Below, in pieces: positions 51,688 to 61,260 of a DNA stretch of 64,000 nt (position 1 is the first letter of the stretch; every line of letters begins with the position of its first letter). The notes beneath the pieces were generated by a model. It did not search any database. It saw only the letters and a list, made by a program, of their open reading frames with translations, and was not told the origin of the DNA. The stretch is from Reclinomonas americana ATCC 50394. Taxonomy: Eukaryota. A program made the translations under genes and the position numbers. Location: NCBI GenBank assembly GCA_048213135.1, contig PS015010.1, positions 682,001-746,000 of the forward strand. The letters run 5' to 3'.

Positions 51688-54144
51688 ATGAGAATCATTC
51701 CTTTTCTTATTTCCGCAGCCGCTACGGTTGGCCTCATCTATGTATTGAATACCAGTTGGAAGATTGGCGGCAACAACAGCCCGCTTTTCGCTCCCTTCTT
51801 CAGCCCGCAGCATGGTTTCTGGCAGAATGCGGAGTCGGCAGACGGTAATTTTTCCGGCGACTTTAAGTTCCCGCAGCTGAAAGGTAAAGTGGATGTATTC
51901 TTTGATGATAACCTTATTCCGCATGTTTTTGCCGAGCAGGAAAACGACCTGTATTTTGTACAGGGTTACCTGCATGCCCGTTTCCGCCTCTGGCAGATGG
52001 AATTGCAAACCCACGCGGCAGCAGGAAGGGCCAGCGAAATCATTGGTGAAAAAGCGCTTGACCATGACCGTGAGTTCAGGCGGCTGGGTATGGTATACGC
52101 CGCGGAAATTGCTGTAAAGGAAATGGAGAACGACCCCGGGGTTAAGGCGCAGTGTGACGCCTATACAGCCGGTGTGAATGCTTATATCAGCTCCCTTACT
52201 GAAAGCACATTGCCGCTGGAATATAAACTGATCGGCTATCACCCCGAACCCTGGAGTAACCTGAAGACGTCGCTGTTCCTTAAATATATGAGTTATGACC
52301 TGGCGGGACATGATGACGATTTTGAAATGACCAACGCGAAAGGCTATTTCAGCCGCGAGGATTTTGACAAATTATACCCGGCCATCCAGGATTCACTGGA
52401 CCCCATCATTCCCAAAGGCACCACATTCGAAAAACAGAAAGTATTTCCCGTGGCACCCGCGGCTATCGATTCCCTGTACTTCAACAACAGGGATATGGCC
52501 ATAGTGGAAGAAGTGAACAAACCTGACCGTGCCAATGGCAGCAATAACTGGGCGGTAAGTGGTTCCCGCACCAGGAGCGGGGCGCCCATCCTGTGTAACG
52601 ATCCGCACCTCGGACTTAACCTGCCCTCGCTGTGGTATGAAATGCAATTGTCTACCACCACCTTCAATGCCTATGGCGCCACATTCCCGGGCGCTCCCAG
52701 CGTGATCATCGGTTTTAACGACAGTTGCGCTTTCGGGTTTACCAATGGCGGCAGGGACGTTCGGGATTATTACGAGATAAAATTTAAAGACGATACCCGC
52801 CAGGCATACTGGTTCAACGGCGCCTGGCAGAACAGCCGTTTCAGGATAGATACCATTAAGATCAAAGGCAAACCCGATTTTATCGATTCTGTGGCTTATG
52901 TACAACTGGGCAGCGACTGGTGCCCAGTGATGTATGATAAAAGTTTCAACGGTAAAAGAAAGACCGGCAATAAATATTATGCGGTAAGGTGGAAAGCACA
53001 CGACAAAAGCAATGAACTGCGCATTTTCACTATGCTCAACCACGCGAAGAATTATGCCGATTACCAGGCTGCTGTAGTGAACCTGCATACACCGGGACAG
53101 AACGTGATCTTTGCCAGTAAGGGCGGCGACATCGCCATTCGTACACAAGGGGAGTGGCCGGCCAAATGGAAAGGCCAGGGCGATTTTGTGATGCCCGGCA
53201 CCGACAGCAGTTTCCTGTGGCAGGGAATGATACCGCAGGATGAAGTACCCTTCCAGTACAACCCTGAAAGAGGTTTTGTGAGCAGTGCCAACCAAAAACC
53301 TGTTGATGAATCTTACTTCTACTACCTGGGCAGGAATTATCCCCTGTACCGTGGAATAGAAGTGAACAGGGCACTGACCTTCATGAACGATATCACGATT
53401 GAGGACATGAAGCGCCTGCAGACCGACAATTTCAACGAACTCGCTGCCATGGCCTTGCCCTTTGTGAAGAAGAATATGCGGGAAACAGAACTTACCGCGG
53501 CGGAAAAGAAATATTATGACCTGTTGCTGAAATGGAACCTGCGCAATGATGTGGGCTCTGAAGGCGCAACTGTATTTGAAGTATGGTGGAGCGAATTCTA
53601 TAAAACCGTATATGACGACGAATATGCCAAAGCGTCCGCTAATATAATGAAGCCTTTCGAAAGCAGCCTGCTCGAAGGCATCCTGCGTGACAGCACTTAC
53701 AAATTCCTGGATAACACGTCAACAGCGGCTGTAGAGACTCTTGCAGATGATGTTACAGCGGCATTCAAAAAAGCGGCGGTCACCCTGGGCAAAGCGGAAG
53801 CCTCGCAAAAGCTGGCCTGGGAAAAATATAAAGGAACCCGGGTGAATCACCTGGCCCGCCTGGCCCCCTTCAGCAGGATGAACCTGCCCATTGGCGGTGG
53901 CGTACACAATATCAATGCAACCAAGGAAGAGCATGGCCCCAGCTGGCGTATGATCGTAGAGCTGACGCAGCAAACGCATGCGGTGGGTATTTATCCCGGC
54001 GGACAAAACGGTAACCCCGGCAGTAAGTACTACGATAATTTTGTAGACGACTGGGCCGCGGGCCGCTACCACGACCTGTGGATGATGACAAAAGCGGAAG
54101 AAAAAGATAAAAGGATAAAATGGACCATGCGCTTTGCGCCATAA
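51688..54144 (+). CDS. Penicillin/AHL acylase family Ntn-hydrolase (S45)
   Basis: IPHVFA, QGYLHA..RLWQME, G|SNNW nucleophile, NDPHL, SANQ, PGGQNG. Confidence 0.93.
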   Translation: MRIIPFLISAAATVGLIYVLNTSWKIGGNNSPLFAPFFSPQHGFWQNAESADGNFSGDFKFPQLKGKVDVFFDDNLIPHVFAEQENDLYFVQGYLHARFRLWQMELQTHAAAGRASEIIGEKALDHDREFRRLGMVYAAEIAVKEMENDPGVKAQCDAYTAGVNAYISSLTESTLPLEYKLIGYHPEPWSNLKTSLFLKYMSYDLAGHDDDFEMTNAKGYFSREDFDKLYPAIQDSLDPIIPKGTTFEKQKVFPVAPAAIDSLYFNNRDMAIVEEVNKPDRANGSNNWAVSGSRTRSGAPILCNDPHLGLNLPSLWYEMQLSTTTFNAYGATFPGAPSVIIGFNDSCAFGFTNGGRDVRDYYEIKFKDDTRQAYWFNGAWQNSRFRIDTIKIKGKPDFIDSVAYVQLGSDWCPVMYDKSFNGKRKTGNKYYAVRWKAHDKSNELRIFTMLNHAKNYADYQAAVVNLHTPGQNVIFASKGGDIAIRTQGEWPAKWKGQGDFVMPGTDSSFLWQGMIPQDEVPFQYNPERGFVSSANQKPVDESYFYYLGRNYPLYRGIEVNRALTFMNDITIEDMKRLQTDNFNELAAMALPFVKKNMRETELTAAEKKYYDLLLKWNLRNDVGSEGATVFEVWWSEFYKTVYDDEYAKASANIMKPFESSLLEGILRDSTYKFLDNTSTAAVETLADDVTAAFKKAAVTLGKAEASQKLAWEKYKGTRVNHLARLAPFSRMNLPIGGGVHNINATKEEHGPSWRMIVELTQQTHAVGIYPGGQNGNPGSKYYDNFVDDWAAGRYHDLWMMTKAEEKDKRIKWTMRFAP

Positions 54145-54220
54145 TCGTTTACCCGACGTCGTTAGTTAAATCATCTGTTCAAATACTGTTTGCCTGAGTG
54201 CAAATGAAAAATAATAACCA

Positions 54221-54571
54221 ATGAAATTTTTTATCGCCCTGCTGCTGACCGCTTTACTCAGTTTTGCACTTTGCCTGTTCCTGCCGCCATGGACCGTAGC
54301 CGTTGCCGCATTTATCGTATCGGTGATCATTGTGCAGCACCCGGGTAAGGCTTTCCTGGCGGGATTTTTGGCCCTGCTGTTGTTGTGGGGCGGACTGGCC
54401 TGGTGGATAAGCGCCGGTAATGACCATGTGCTGTCGCATCGTATTGGGTTGCTGCTCTTCAAAAGTGCAAACCCTTACCTGCCCATCATCGCCTCGGCAG
54501 TAATAGGGGCATTACTGGGTGGTTTTGGAGCCCTTACCGGCAGCTTCCTTCGCAGGCCTGCTCAGCGCTGA
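54221..54571 (+). CDS. Small membrane protein
   Basis: Three to four hydrophobic helices; LPPW, C-terminal GG.GALTG. Confidence 0.7.
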   Translation: MKFFIALLLTALLSFALCLFLPPWTVAVAAFIVSVIIVQHPGKAFLAGFLALLLLWGGLAWWISAGNDHVLSHRIGLLLFKSANPYLPIIASAVIGALLGGFGALTGSFLRRPAQR

Positions 54572-54591
54572 ACGGAACTTTAGTTTTTCCG

Positions 54592-54616
54592 TAACAATTC
54601 GGGGCCTATTTTCGTT
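54592..54616 (+). promoter_or_regulatory. Possible ECF-sigma promoter
   Basis: TAAC-N17-CGTT 17 nt before ATG 54634. Confidence 0.35.
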
Positions 54617-54633
54617 ATAATGCAAACCTTCGT

Positions 54634-57186
54634 ATGCGGATAATTCTACTGTTGTCTTTCCTGTTTCTCTGCCTGCATGTTTCAGCTCAAAAGATTCACG
54701 GGACCGTGTTCAATGATAAGGGCGACCTGTTGCCCTATGCCTCGGTTACCATAAAGGGTACCACCATTGGTTCCAGCGCCACCAATAAGGCCAGGTTCTC
54801 CATCTCCGTTAAACCGGGTACCTATACACTCGTATGCCAGCACGTGGGGTATACCAAACAGGAGAAGACGGTAACGGTAAACGGTGAAGATGTGGAAGTA
54901 ACTTTCATCATCAGTGAACAGAAACTGGATCTGAAGGAAGTGATCGTAAAGAGCGGGGCAGAAGACCCGGCTTATGCCATCATCCGCAAAGCCATTAAAA
55001 AACGGTCTTACTATAACAGCCAGGTAGACGCGTTTGAATGTGACCTGTACACCAAGGACATCATGCGCCTGCGCAAACTGCCTAAAAAAATACTGGGACA
55101 AAAGATACCCGATGCCGATCGGCAGGACATGGGGCTCGATTCTTCCGGCAAGGGCATCATTTACCTGGCCGAATCCGTAGCCCGCATCCACAGCCAGCTT
55201 CCCGATAAATTTAAAATGGAAGTACTGAGCAGCAGGGTCAGCGGCAGCGACGGTTTCGGTTTTACATTCCCTACATTCATCAGCATGTACCGCAACAATG
55301 TGAACGTGTTTACCGACAGGTTCAACCCCCGCGGTTTTGTATCCCCGATTGCCGACAATGCCCTCAGCCTGTATAAATACAAATACCTGGGTAGTTTTTA
55401 TGAAGACGGAAAAGAGATCAACAGCATACAGGTGATCCCCCGCCGCACCTATGAACCCGTATTCTCCGGTACCATCAATATTACGGAAGACGACTGGCGC
55501 ATACACAGCTTCGACCTGTTGCTCACCAAGAGTTCACAACTTGAGATCATCGATACGCTGCATATTACGCAGATACACGTTCCCGTTAGTAAAGATGTAT
55601 GGCGGGTCAAGAACCAGCATCTTCATTTCAATTTCAAGCAATTCGGGATCGACGCCATCGGTGATTTTGTAAGTATTTACTCCAACTATAACATCAATCC
55701 CAAATTCGATAAAAAATTCTTTGATCGTACCATCATCAAGTATGACACAGCTGTGAACAAAAGGCCCAAGGCGTATTGGGATACCATACGACCGGTACCG
55801 CTGGAGCCTGAAGAAAGAAAGGACTACGCGGTTAAAGACAGCATCTTTGATTCCCGCAAGGATTCGGCCTATATGAAACAATACGCCGACTCCATGAACA
55901 AGCGGCAGGGTAAACTGAAACCCTGGACATTGCTGTGGAAACGCATGCAGCGCACCAAATACCTGAAAGACAACAACAGTTACAGCTGGTCGGTGGAAGG
56001 CATAGCACAGGGGTTGGAATACAATACTGTGGAAGGTGTAGTGGTTAACGTGATGGGGGCCTACGACCGGCATATTCCTTCGCTGAAAAGTAACCTTTCC
56101 ATAGATCCGCTCATCAGATACGGGTTCAGCAATGGTCACCTTAATCCTTCCCTGAGCATTGTACTGCGTACCCGCGACTGGGCGACGGATAAAAAACTGC
56201 GCCGGCAAACCTGGAGTTTATCGGGCGGAAAAAGAGTGAGCCAGTTCAACAAAGACAATCCCATTACACCGCTGGCCAACAGCATCAGTACCCTGTTGTG
56301 GAAGAAGAACTATATGAAGATCTACGAAAACTATTTTGTATCGCTGGGCTTCAGCAAGCGCTATGAAAGCGGTTTCCGTTTTGCCATCAATACCTTATAT
56401 GAAGACAGGCTGCCACTGAATAATACCACAGACTTTACCATTTTTAAAAGAGACAGCCTCCAGTTCACACCGAATTACCCTTACGAAAAAATCAATGCCC
56501 AGTTCCCGCGGCACCAGGCCTTTATTGTAAGCGCCGATATCAGCATCAAACCGGGGCAGCGGTATATCCAGTTCCCGAACGGCAAAATGTCGCTGGGGTC
56601 TAACTATCCCACCTTCAGCCTGAATTATACCAAGGGTATTGAAAACGTTTTCGGCAGCGATGTGAACTTCGACAAATGGCGTTTCACAGTTTCGGATGAT
56701 AAGAACTTCAAACTGCTGGGCCTGCTCAAATACCGGCTGGGTATCGGCGGTTTCCTCAACAGTAACAAAGTATTCATTCAGGATTACCAGCATTTCAACG
56801 GTAACCGTACCCTGCAGACCAGTGCTTATGTGAACAGCTTCCAGCTGGCGGAATATTATGGTAACAGTACCACGGCCTCCTTCTATTCATTCGGGCACCT
56901 GGAGCATCATTTCAATGGCCTGCTCACCAATAAAATACCCCTCTTTAAACGGCTCAACTGGTACCTGGTGGCAGGCAGCAACGCCTTCTATGTCAATAAA
57001 GACAACAACTACGTGGAAGTATTTGCCGGGCTGGAAAACATATTCAAACTGCTGCGGGTAGATATAGTAGGGGGGTATATCAACGGAAACAGGGGTTATA
57101 CCGGCATCCGCCTGGGTACAGGCGGCATCATCGGCGGCAGTGTAAGAGCTGACCGGAGGAGCAGGACGTTGAATATTTCCTTATAG
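54634..57186 (+). CDS. DUF5686 plus carboxypeptidase-regulatory-like domain outer-membrane protein
   Basis: LPYASV, EDPAY.IIRKAI, FVSPIA..A...YKY, YNTVEG, EHHFNG, GLENI...RVD. Confidence 0.8.
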   Translation: MRIILLLSFLFLCLHVSAQKIHGTVFNDKGDLLPYASVTIKGTTIGSSATNKARFSISVKPGTYTLVCQHVGYTKQEKTVTVNGEDVEVTFIISEQKLDLKEVIVKSGAEDPAYAIIRKAIKKRSYYNSQVDAFECDLYTKDIMRLRKLPKKILGQKIPDADRQDMGLDSSGKGIIYLAESVARIHSQLPDKFKMEVLSSRVSGSDGFGFTFPTFISMYRNNVNVFTDRFNPRGFVSPIADNALSLYKYKYLGSFYEDGKEINSIQVIPRRTYEPVFSGTINITEDDWRIHSFDLLLTKSSQLEIIDTLHITQIHVPVSKDVWRVKNQHLHFNFKQFGIDAIGDFVSIYSNYNINPKFDKKFFDRTIIKYDTAVNKRPKAYWDTIRPVPLEPEERKDYAVKDSIFDSRKDSAYMKQYADSMNKRQGKLKPWTLLWKRMQRTKYLKDNNSYSWSVEGIAQGLEYNTVEGVVVNVMGAYDRHIPSLKSNLSIDPLIRYGFSNGHLNPSLSIVLRTRDWATDKKLRRQTWSLSGGKRVSQFNKDNPITPLANSISTLLWKKNYMKIYENYFVSLGFSKRYESGFRFAINTLYEDRLPLNNTTDFTIFKRDSLQFTPNYPYEKINAQFPRHQAFIVSADISIKPGQRYIQFPNGKMSLGSNYPTFSLNYTKGIENVFGSDVNFDKWRFTVSDDKNFKLLGLLKYRLGIGGFLNSNKVFIQDYQHFNGNRTLQTSAYVNSFQLAEYYGNSTTASFYSFGHLEHHFNGLLTNKIPLFKRLNWYLVAGSNAFYVNKDNNYVEVFAGLENIFKLLRVDIVGGYINGNRGYTGIRLGTGGIIGGSVRADRRSRTLNISL

Positions 57187-57271
57187 AATTAAAAAGAAAA
57201 AAATCAAAAGTCAAAAAGGGATCAATAACAAAGGAGCTCCTTATTGACTCTTTACTTTTGCATTTTGACTT
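57187..57271. repeat. A-rich heptamer palindromic element
   Basis: AAAATCAAAAGTCAAAAAG ... TTTACTTTTGCATTTTGACTT. Confidence 0.7.
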
Positions 57272-57379
57272 CCACCAAGCGTTAAAAATAAAAGATTACC
57301 TTTGTAAAAATTTGGTTTGCCCTGCAAGCATCCAATCTGAGTAAGATTTCCCGGCACAACGGGATCAAATTAACTACAT

Positions 57380-58417
57380 ATGTCAGCATTACACAACCGG
57401 GTATCCCAATCGGAGCTCAAACAATTATTGTACGCGGAAACAGAGCCCCGTACCACCATTTCGTTCTACCGCTATTTTACCATTGCAGAGCCGCAGGTTT
57501 TTCGTGATGACCTGTACCGCGGGCTGGAAAAACTGAAAGTATTTGGCCGCATCTACGTAGCGCATGAAGGTATCAACGCACAGGTAAGTGTGCCCGCCTC
57601 CAACTTTGAATCACTGAAAAATTATCTCGATACCATTCCCGGGCTGGACAACCTGCGATTGAACATCGCCGTTGACGATGATGGTAAATCGTTTTGGGTG
57701 CTGAAGATAAAAGTGCGGGAAAAGATTGTGGCCGATGGTATTACCGATCCAGGTTTCAGTATGGAGAAAAAAGGGAAGTACGTGAATGCGCAGCAGATGA
57801 ATGAACTGGTAAAAGATGAGAACACGATCGTGATCGATATGCGTAATCACTACGAATACGAAGTGGGGCATTTTAAGAATGCGATAGAAATACCAAGCGA
57901 TACCTTCAGGGAACAATTACCCATGGCTGTAGACATGATGAAGGACGCGAAAGACAGGAAAATCATCATGTACTGCACCGGCGGTATCCGCTGCGAAAAG
58001 GCCAGTGCCTATATGCTGCACCACGGATTCAATAATGTATTTCACCTGGAAGGAGGCATCATCAATTATGCCAAACAAACAAAAGAAGCCGGGCTGGAAA
58101 GTGAATTTATCGGTAAGAACTTTGTGTTTGATGACAGGCTGGGGGAGCGTATTACAGAAGATGTGATCGCTCACTGCCACCAGTGCGGTCAGCCCGCCGA
58201 TACGCATACCAATTGCAAGAATGATGGTTGTCACCTTTTGTTTATCCAGTGTGCTGCCTGCGCCGAAAAGTACCAGGGCTGCTGCAGCGAAGCCTGCCAG
58301 TCGGTATACAACCTCCCCGCCGAAGAGCAGGCCGAACTGAGAAAAGGAATGGATAAAGGGCAGATGGTGTTCAATAAAAGCAGGCAAAGGCTGAGGCCGA
58401 GGTTGAATGAAGAGTAG
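57380..58417 (+). CDS. trhO: tRNA uridine(34) hydroxylase TrhO (YceA, rhodanese domain)
   Basis: [41 protein letters not shown], Cys-rich C-terminus; -7 element TACCTTTG at 57297-57304. Confidence 0.9.
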   Translation: MSALHNRVSQSELKQLLYAETEPRTTISFYRYFTIAEPQVFRDDLYRGLEKLKVFGRIYVAHEGINAQVSVPASNFESLKNYLDTIPGLDNLRLNIAVDDDGKSFWVLKIKVREKIVADGITDPGFSMEKKGKYVNAQQMNELVKDENTIVIDMRNHYEYEVGHFKNAIEIPSDTFREQLPMAVDMMKDAKDRKIIMYCTGGIRCEKASAYMLHHGFNNVFHLEGGIINYAKQTKEAGLESEFIGKNFVFDDRLGERITEDVIAHCHQCGQPADTHTNCKNDGCHLLFIQCAACAEKYQGCCSEACQSVYNLPAEEQAELRKGMDKGQMVFNKSRQRLRPRLNEE

Positions 58418-58418
58418 G

Positions 58419-58503
58419 GGCAAAATCAAAATTCAAAAGTAGAAAGTCAAAAAAGAAGCTTTATCGTTGCAGGCTCCTTTTTTGACTTTTGCATTTTTAC
58501 TTC
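58419..58503. repeat. A-rich heptamer palindromic element (same family as 57187-57271)
   Basis: CAAAATCAAAATTCAAAAGTAGAAAGTCAAAAAAG ... CTTTTTTGACTTTTGCATTTTTACTT. Confidence 0.75.
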
Positions 58504-58505
58504 TT

Positions 58506-58546
58506 CTGTTCCGCCGGGGTCTCCCGAAGCGGACCCCGGTGAACAG
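58506..58546. terminator. GC-rich hairpin between convergent genes
   Basis: CTGTTC..CCGGGGTC / GACCCCGG..GAACAG. Confidence 0.55.
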
Positions 58547-58556
58547 CTAAACCCAA

Positions 58557-58970
58557 TTATGCTTCTTCTTCATCCGTCTCCTCCGCCTCTTTTTTCTTCT
58601 TCCCGAATAGCGATTTCAGTAAGCGTCCGCCTGCCTCTTTTAAAGCGCCGGGATTATTGGCCACCAGGTGACCTATGCCGAACTGCAATACCGATCCCAG
58701 CAATTTTTTCACCGGGTTGGGCGCTGCACCCAGCAACAGTTTCTTCGAAATAAATCCCGAAGCCATACCAATGGTATTGTTGATGAGCATGTCTTTTACT
58801 TCTGACGAACCTGCCACATCGCTGATGAGGCTTTTGACCAGGTTGGCGGGTTGTAATCCTTCACGGGTGAGGTGGAATTGTTCAATGAGCGCCTCTTTTT
58901 CCTGCAACCGTCGTTCTTCCAGCTCCGCGATGGCCTGTTTCAGTTCTGCCGATGTATTGATGCTTGCCAT
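58557..58970 (-). CDS. Hypothetical protein (third gene of the YtxH operon)
   Basis: Coiled N-terminus EL..AI.ELE, L.P.NL, NP.KKLLG. Confidence 0.7.
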   Translation of the reverse strand: MASINTSAELKQAIAELEERRLQEKEALIEQFHLTREGLQPANLVKSLISDVAGSSEVKDMLINNTIGMASGFISKKLLLGAAPNPVKKLLGSVLQFGIGHLVANNPGALKEAGGRLLKSLFGKKKKEAEETDEEEA

Positions 58971-58978
58971 AATGATGT

Positions 58979-59338
58979 TTATAAAAGTTCAGAAATGATC
59001 CAGTCGCCGATCGTTTGTTTCATTTTTTTACGGATGGCCAGTTGGAATACCAGCGCCAGCAGACCGTAGAATCCTGCCACGATGAAAAAGCCGTAGTACA
59101 TTTTCCCGAGCATATCGCCCAGCCATATGGCCACAGCAATGGTCAGCACCAGCAGGAAGAAGGAAAGCAGTACCAGCATAATGATCCTGCTCACCACGGC
59201 TGGTGCCATAATGGAAGCCCGCTGTACTGCTCTTAACTTCAGCAGTTCGAGGCTGGTTTTACCGTAAGTGGCCGCCTTGTCGATCAGCGGTTCCACCAGG
59301 TCGTCAACCACATCGGTAGTATCGTCTTTCGGATTCAT
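58979..59338 (-). CDS. Phage-holin-like/YqjE-type two-TM protein
   Basis: Y.KTS.EL.KL, two TM helices, WLG..LG..YYGF.IVAGFY. Confidence 0.72.
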   Translation of the reverse strand: MNPKDDTTDVVDDLVEPLIDKAATYGKTSLELLKLRAVQRASIMAPAVVSRIIMLVLLSFFLLVLTIAVAIWLGDMLGKMYYGFFIVAGFYGLLALVFQLAIRKKMKQTIGDWIISELL

Positions 59339-59355
59339 AATAGTGCTTTTTAAGG

Positions 59356-59586
59356 TTAGGATGTACGGGTCTTGGTTTCCACGTCTTCTGTCATAGCTTC
59401 AAGGTTCTCCGTTACTTCATCCACCCAGTCGCTGAAGCGGCCTTTGAGATCGTCGATTGCATCCTTGCCTTTGCGGCTGAGTTTGCTGCGGGTAACAGAA
59501 CCTTTATCAGGAGCGAATAAAATGCCCAGCGCTGCACCGGCAACAGCGCCTAATAATAAACCGGTGATTAGTTTTCCGGAAGCCAT
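59356..59586 (-). CDS. YtxH domain protein
   Basis: [21 protein letters not shown]. Confidence 0.88.
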   Translation of the reverse strand: MASGKLITGLLLGAVAGAALGILFAPDKGSVTRSKLSRKGKDAIDDLKGRFSDWVDEVTENLEAMTEDVETKTRTS

Positions 59587-59880
59587 AATGATAGTATTAA
59601 AGGTTAAAAAATGGTATGTGTTTATTCATGCGGGGCAGTCTGTCCACATTCACCCGGACAAGTTATGCCAGTCCGGCATTTCTGTGTAACAAATTTGCCC
59701 TTTTTCTTAAAAGTCAATTCCTATGCCATTTTTAATTATATTTAGTTGGTCAAATCTGTTGGCCGGGGTATCCCGTATATCCTGCCTAATCCGGTATCAT
59801 TCTGAAAAGGGTAATTCAGCCCCGGTTTCAGGACATATGAGCAGCTGCCAACGATTTACACTGGAATCTAACCACCGTTT

Positions 59881-61260
59881 ATGAGTCTATTCCTGAAGGC
59901 TTTTGCGAAAGGGTACCGTCGCATTAAAAGCATTGGTTATACACCTGCCATGGACGCCTATGAAAAGCGGAGGCTTGCCATCTTCAATACCATCAATTTT
60001 ATCGGGCTTATTACGGGGATCATTTTACCCGTTGCGGCATTATTCGGGGAAGGATATGTACCCCCGCTGGCCATGTTTGTAGCGGCATCGCCCATGATCA
60101 TCAGCGGGGTAGTGTTATATGCTAACTACCGCCACTGGTACAGTTTTGCCATGATGTGGTACTTCATCTGCTACCCGCTCATTACCGCGCTGGTATATGC
60201 CGGTAATATTGATGTGGGTATTGAACTGCTGTTTATTTTGTATGCCGTATTGGCGGTTTTCTTCCTGCAAAGGCTAACCCTTATCGCCATCACTATTTTC
60301 ATATCTATTTGTTGTTACTGTTTCGTATACATCATTCACCGCGATTACCAGTATGTGCTGGCCGATATCAACTATCCTTATTATTTCATGAACCAGCTGC
60401 TAACGCTGGTTTTCATTTTTGCAGGTCTGTTCCTCATTAAAAAAGAAAACTCGGAATACCAGAAGGAGATGCTGCTGTCGAACTGGGAACTGAAAAATAC
60501 CAACCTGGAAATACAGGAGCAGCGGGTGGAGCTGGGGCAGAAAGCGGAGTTGCTCGAATTGCAGACCATGCAGCTGTCGGAACTCAATTCGGTGAAGAAC
60601 CGGCTGTTCTCGATCATTTCCCATGACCTGAAAACACCGATCTACGGGTTGCGGAATCTTTTCAAAAGTATGCACCAGTACGACCTGCCGGCTGAAGAGA
60701 TCAAGGTGCTGGTGCCTGATATTCTCAACGACCTGAACTATACTACGGAACTGATGGAAAACCTGCTGCAATGGGCCAAAAGCCAGATGCAGGGCGATTC
60801 TGTTAACCAGCAGCTGATTGATATTACCAGCCTGATGAGTGATGTAAAACAATTGCTGCGCCTGCAGGCCGAGAATAAAAAAGTATATGTAACGGCCCGC
60901 TCGGATAAACCCATTTACATTTATGCCGATAAGGACATGATCAACCTGGTGCTGCTGAACCTGATGTCGAACGCGATCAAGTTTACACCTGAGCATGGTG
61001 AAGTATTGGTAAGTGCTGAAGTAAGGGAAGAAACCGTGGAAGTATTCATCAAAGACACAGGTATAGGGATCACGAAGGAAAATATGGGTAAACTTTTCGG
61101 CGAGGCATACTTCTCTACCAAAGGTACGGCCAACGAAGCGGGCACGGGGCTCGGACTAAAACTCTGCAAGGAATTCCTGGTGAAGAACGGAGGCGATATT
61201 TTCGTTAAAAGTGAACCTGGAAAAGGAAGTGTATTCTCTTTCACTTTGCCGAAAGCATGA
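59881..61260 (+). CDS. Orphan membrane sensor histidine kinase (HisKA plus HATPase)
   Basis: About six TM helices; FSIISHDLKTP, NLMSNAIKFT, DTGIGI, GTGLGL, GKGS.F.FTLP. Confidence 0.92.
   Translation: MSLFLKAFAKGYRRIKSIGYTPAMDAYEKRRLAIFNTINFIGLITGIILPVAALFGEGYVPPLAMFVAASPMIISGVVLYANYRHWYSFAMMWYFICYPLITALVYAGNIDVGIELLFILYAVLAVFFLQRLTLIAITIFISICCYCFVYIIHRDYQYVLADINYPYYFMNQLLTLVFIFAGLFLIKKENSEYQKEMLLSNWELKNTNLEIQEQRVELGQKAELLELQTMQLSELNSVKNRLFSIISHDLKTPIYGLRNLFKSMHQYDLPAEEIKVLVPDILNDLNYTTELMENLLQWAKSQMQGDSVNQQLIDITSLMSDVKQLLRLQAENKKVYVTARSDKPIYIYADKDMINLVLLNLMSNAIKFTPEHGEVLVSAEVREETVEVFIKDTGIGITKENMGKLFGEAYFSTKGTANEAGTGLGLKLCKEFLVKNGGDIFVKSEPGKGSVFSFTLPKA

Noticed and set aside
58979-59338. Prophage lysis cassette (holin-like gene with a nearby cell-wall enzyme)
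   Set aside because: There are no phage structural, integrase or replication genes, and the context fits a host YtxH operon.
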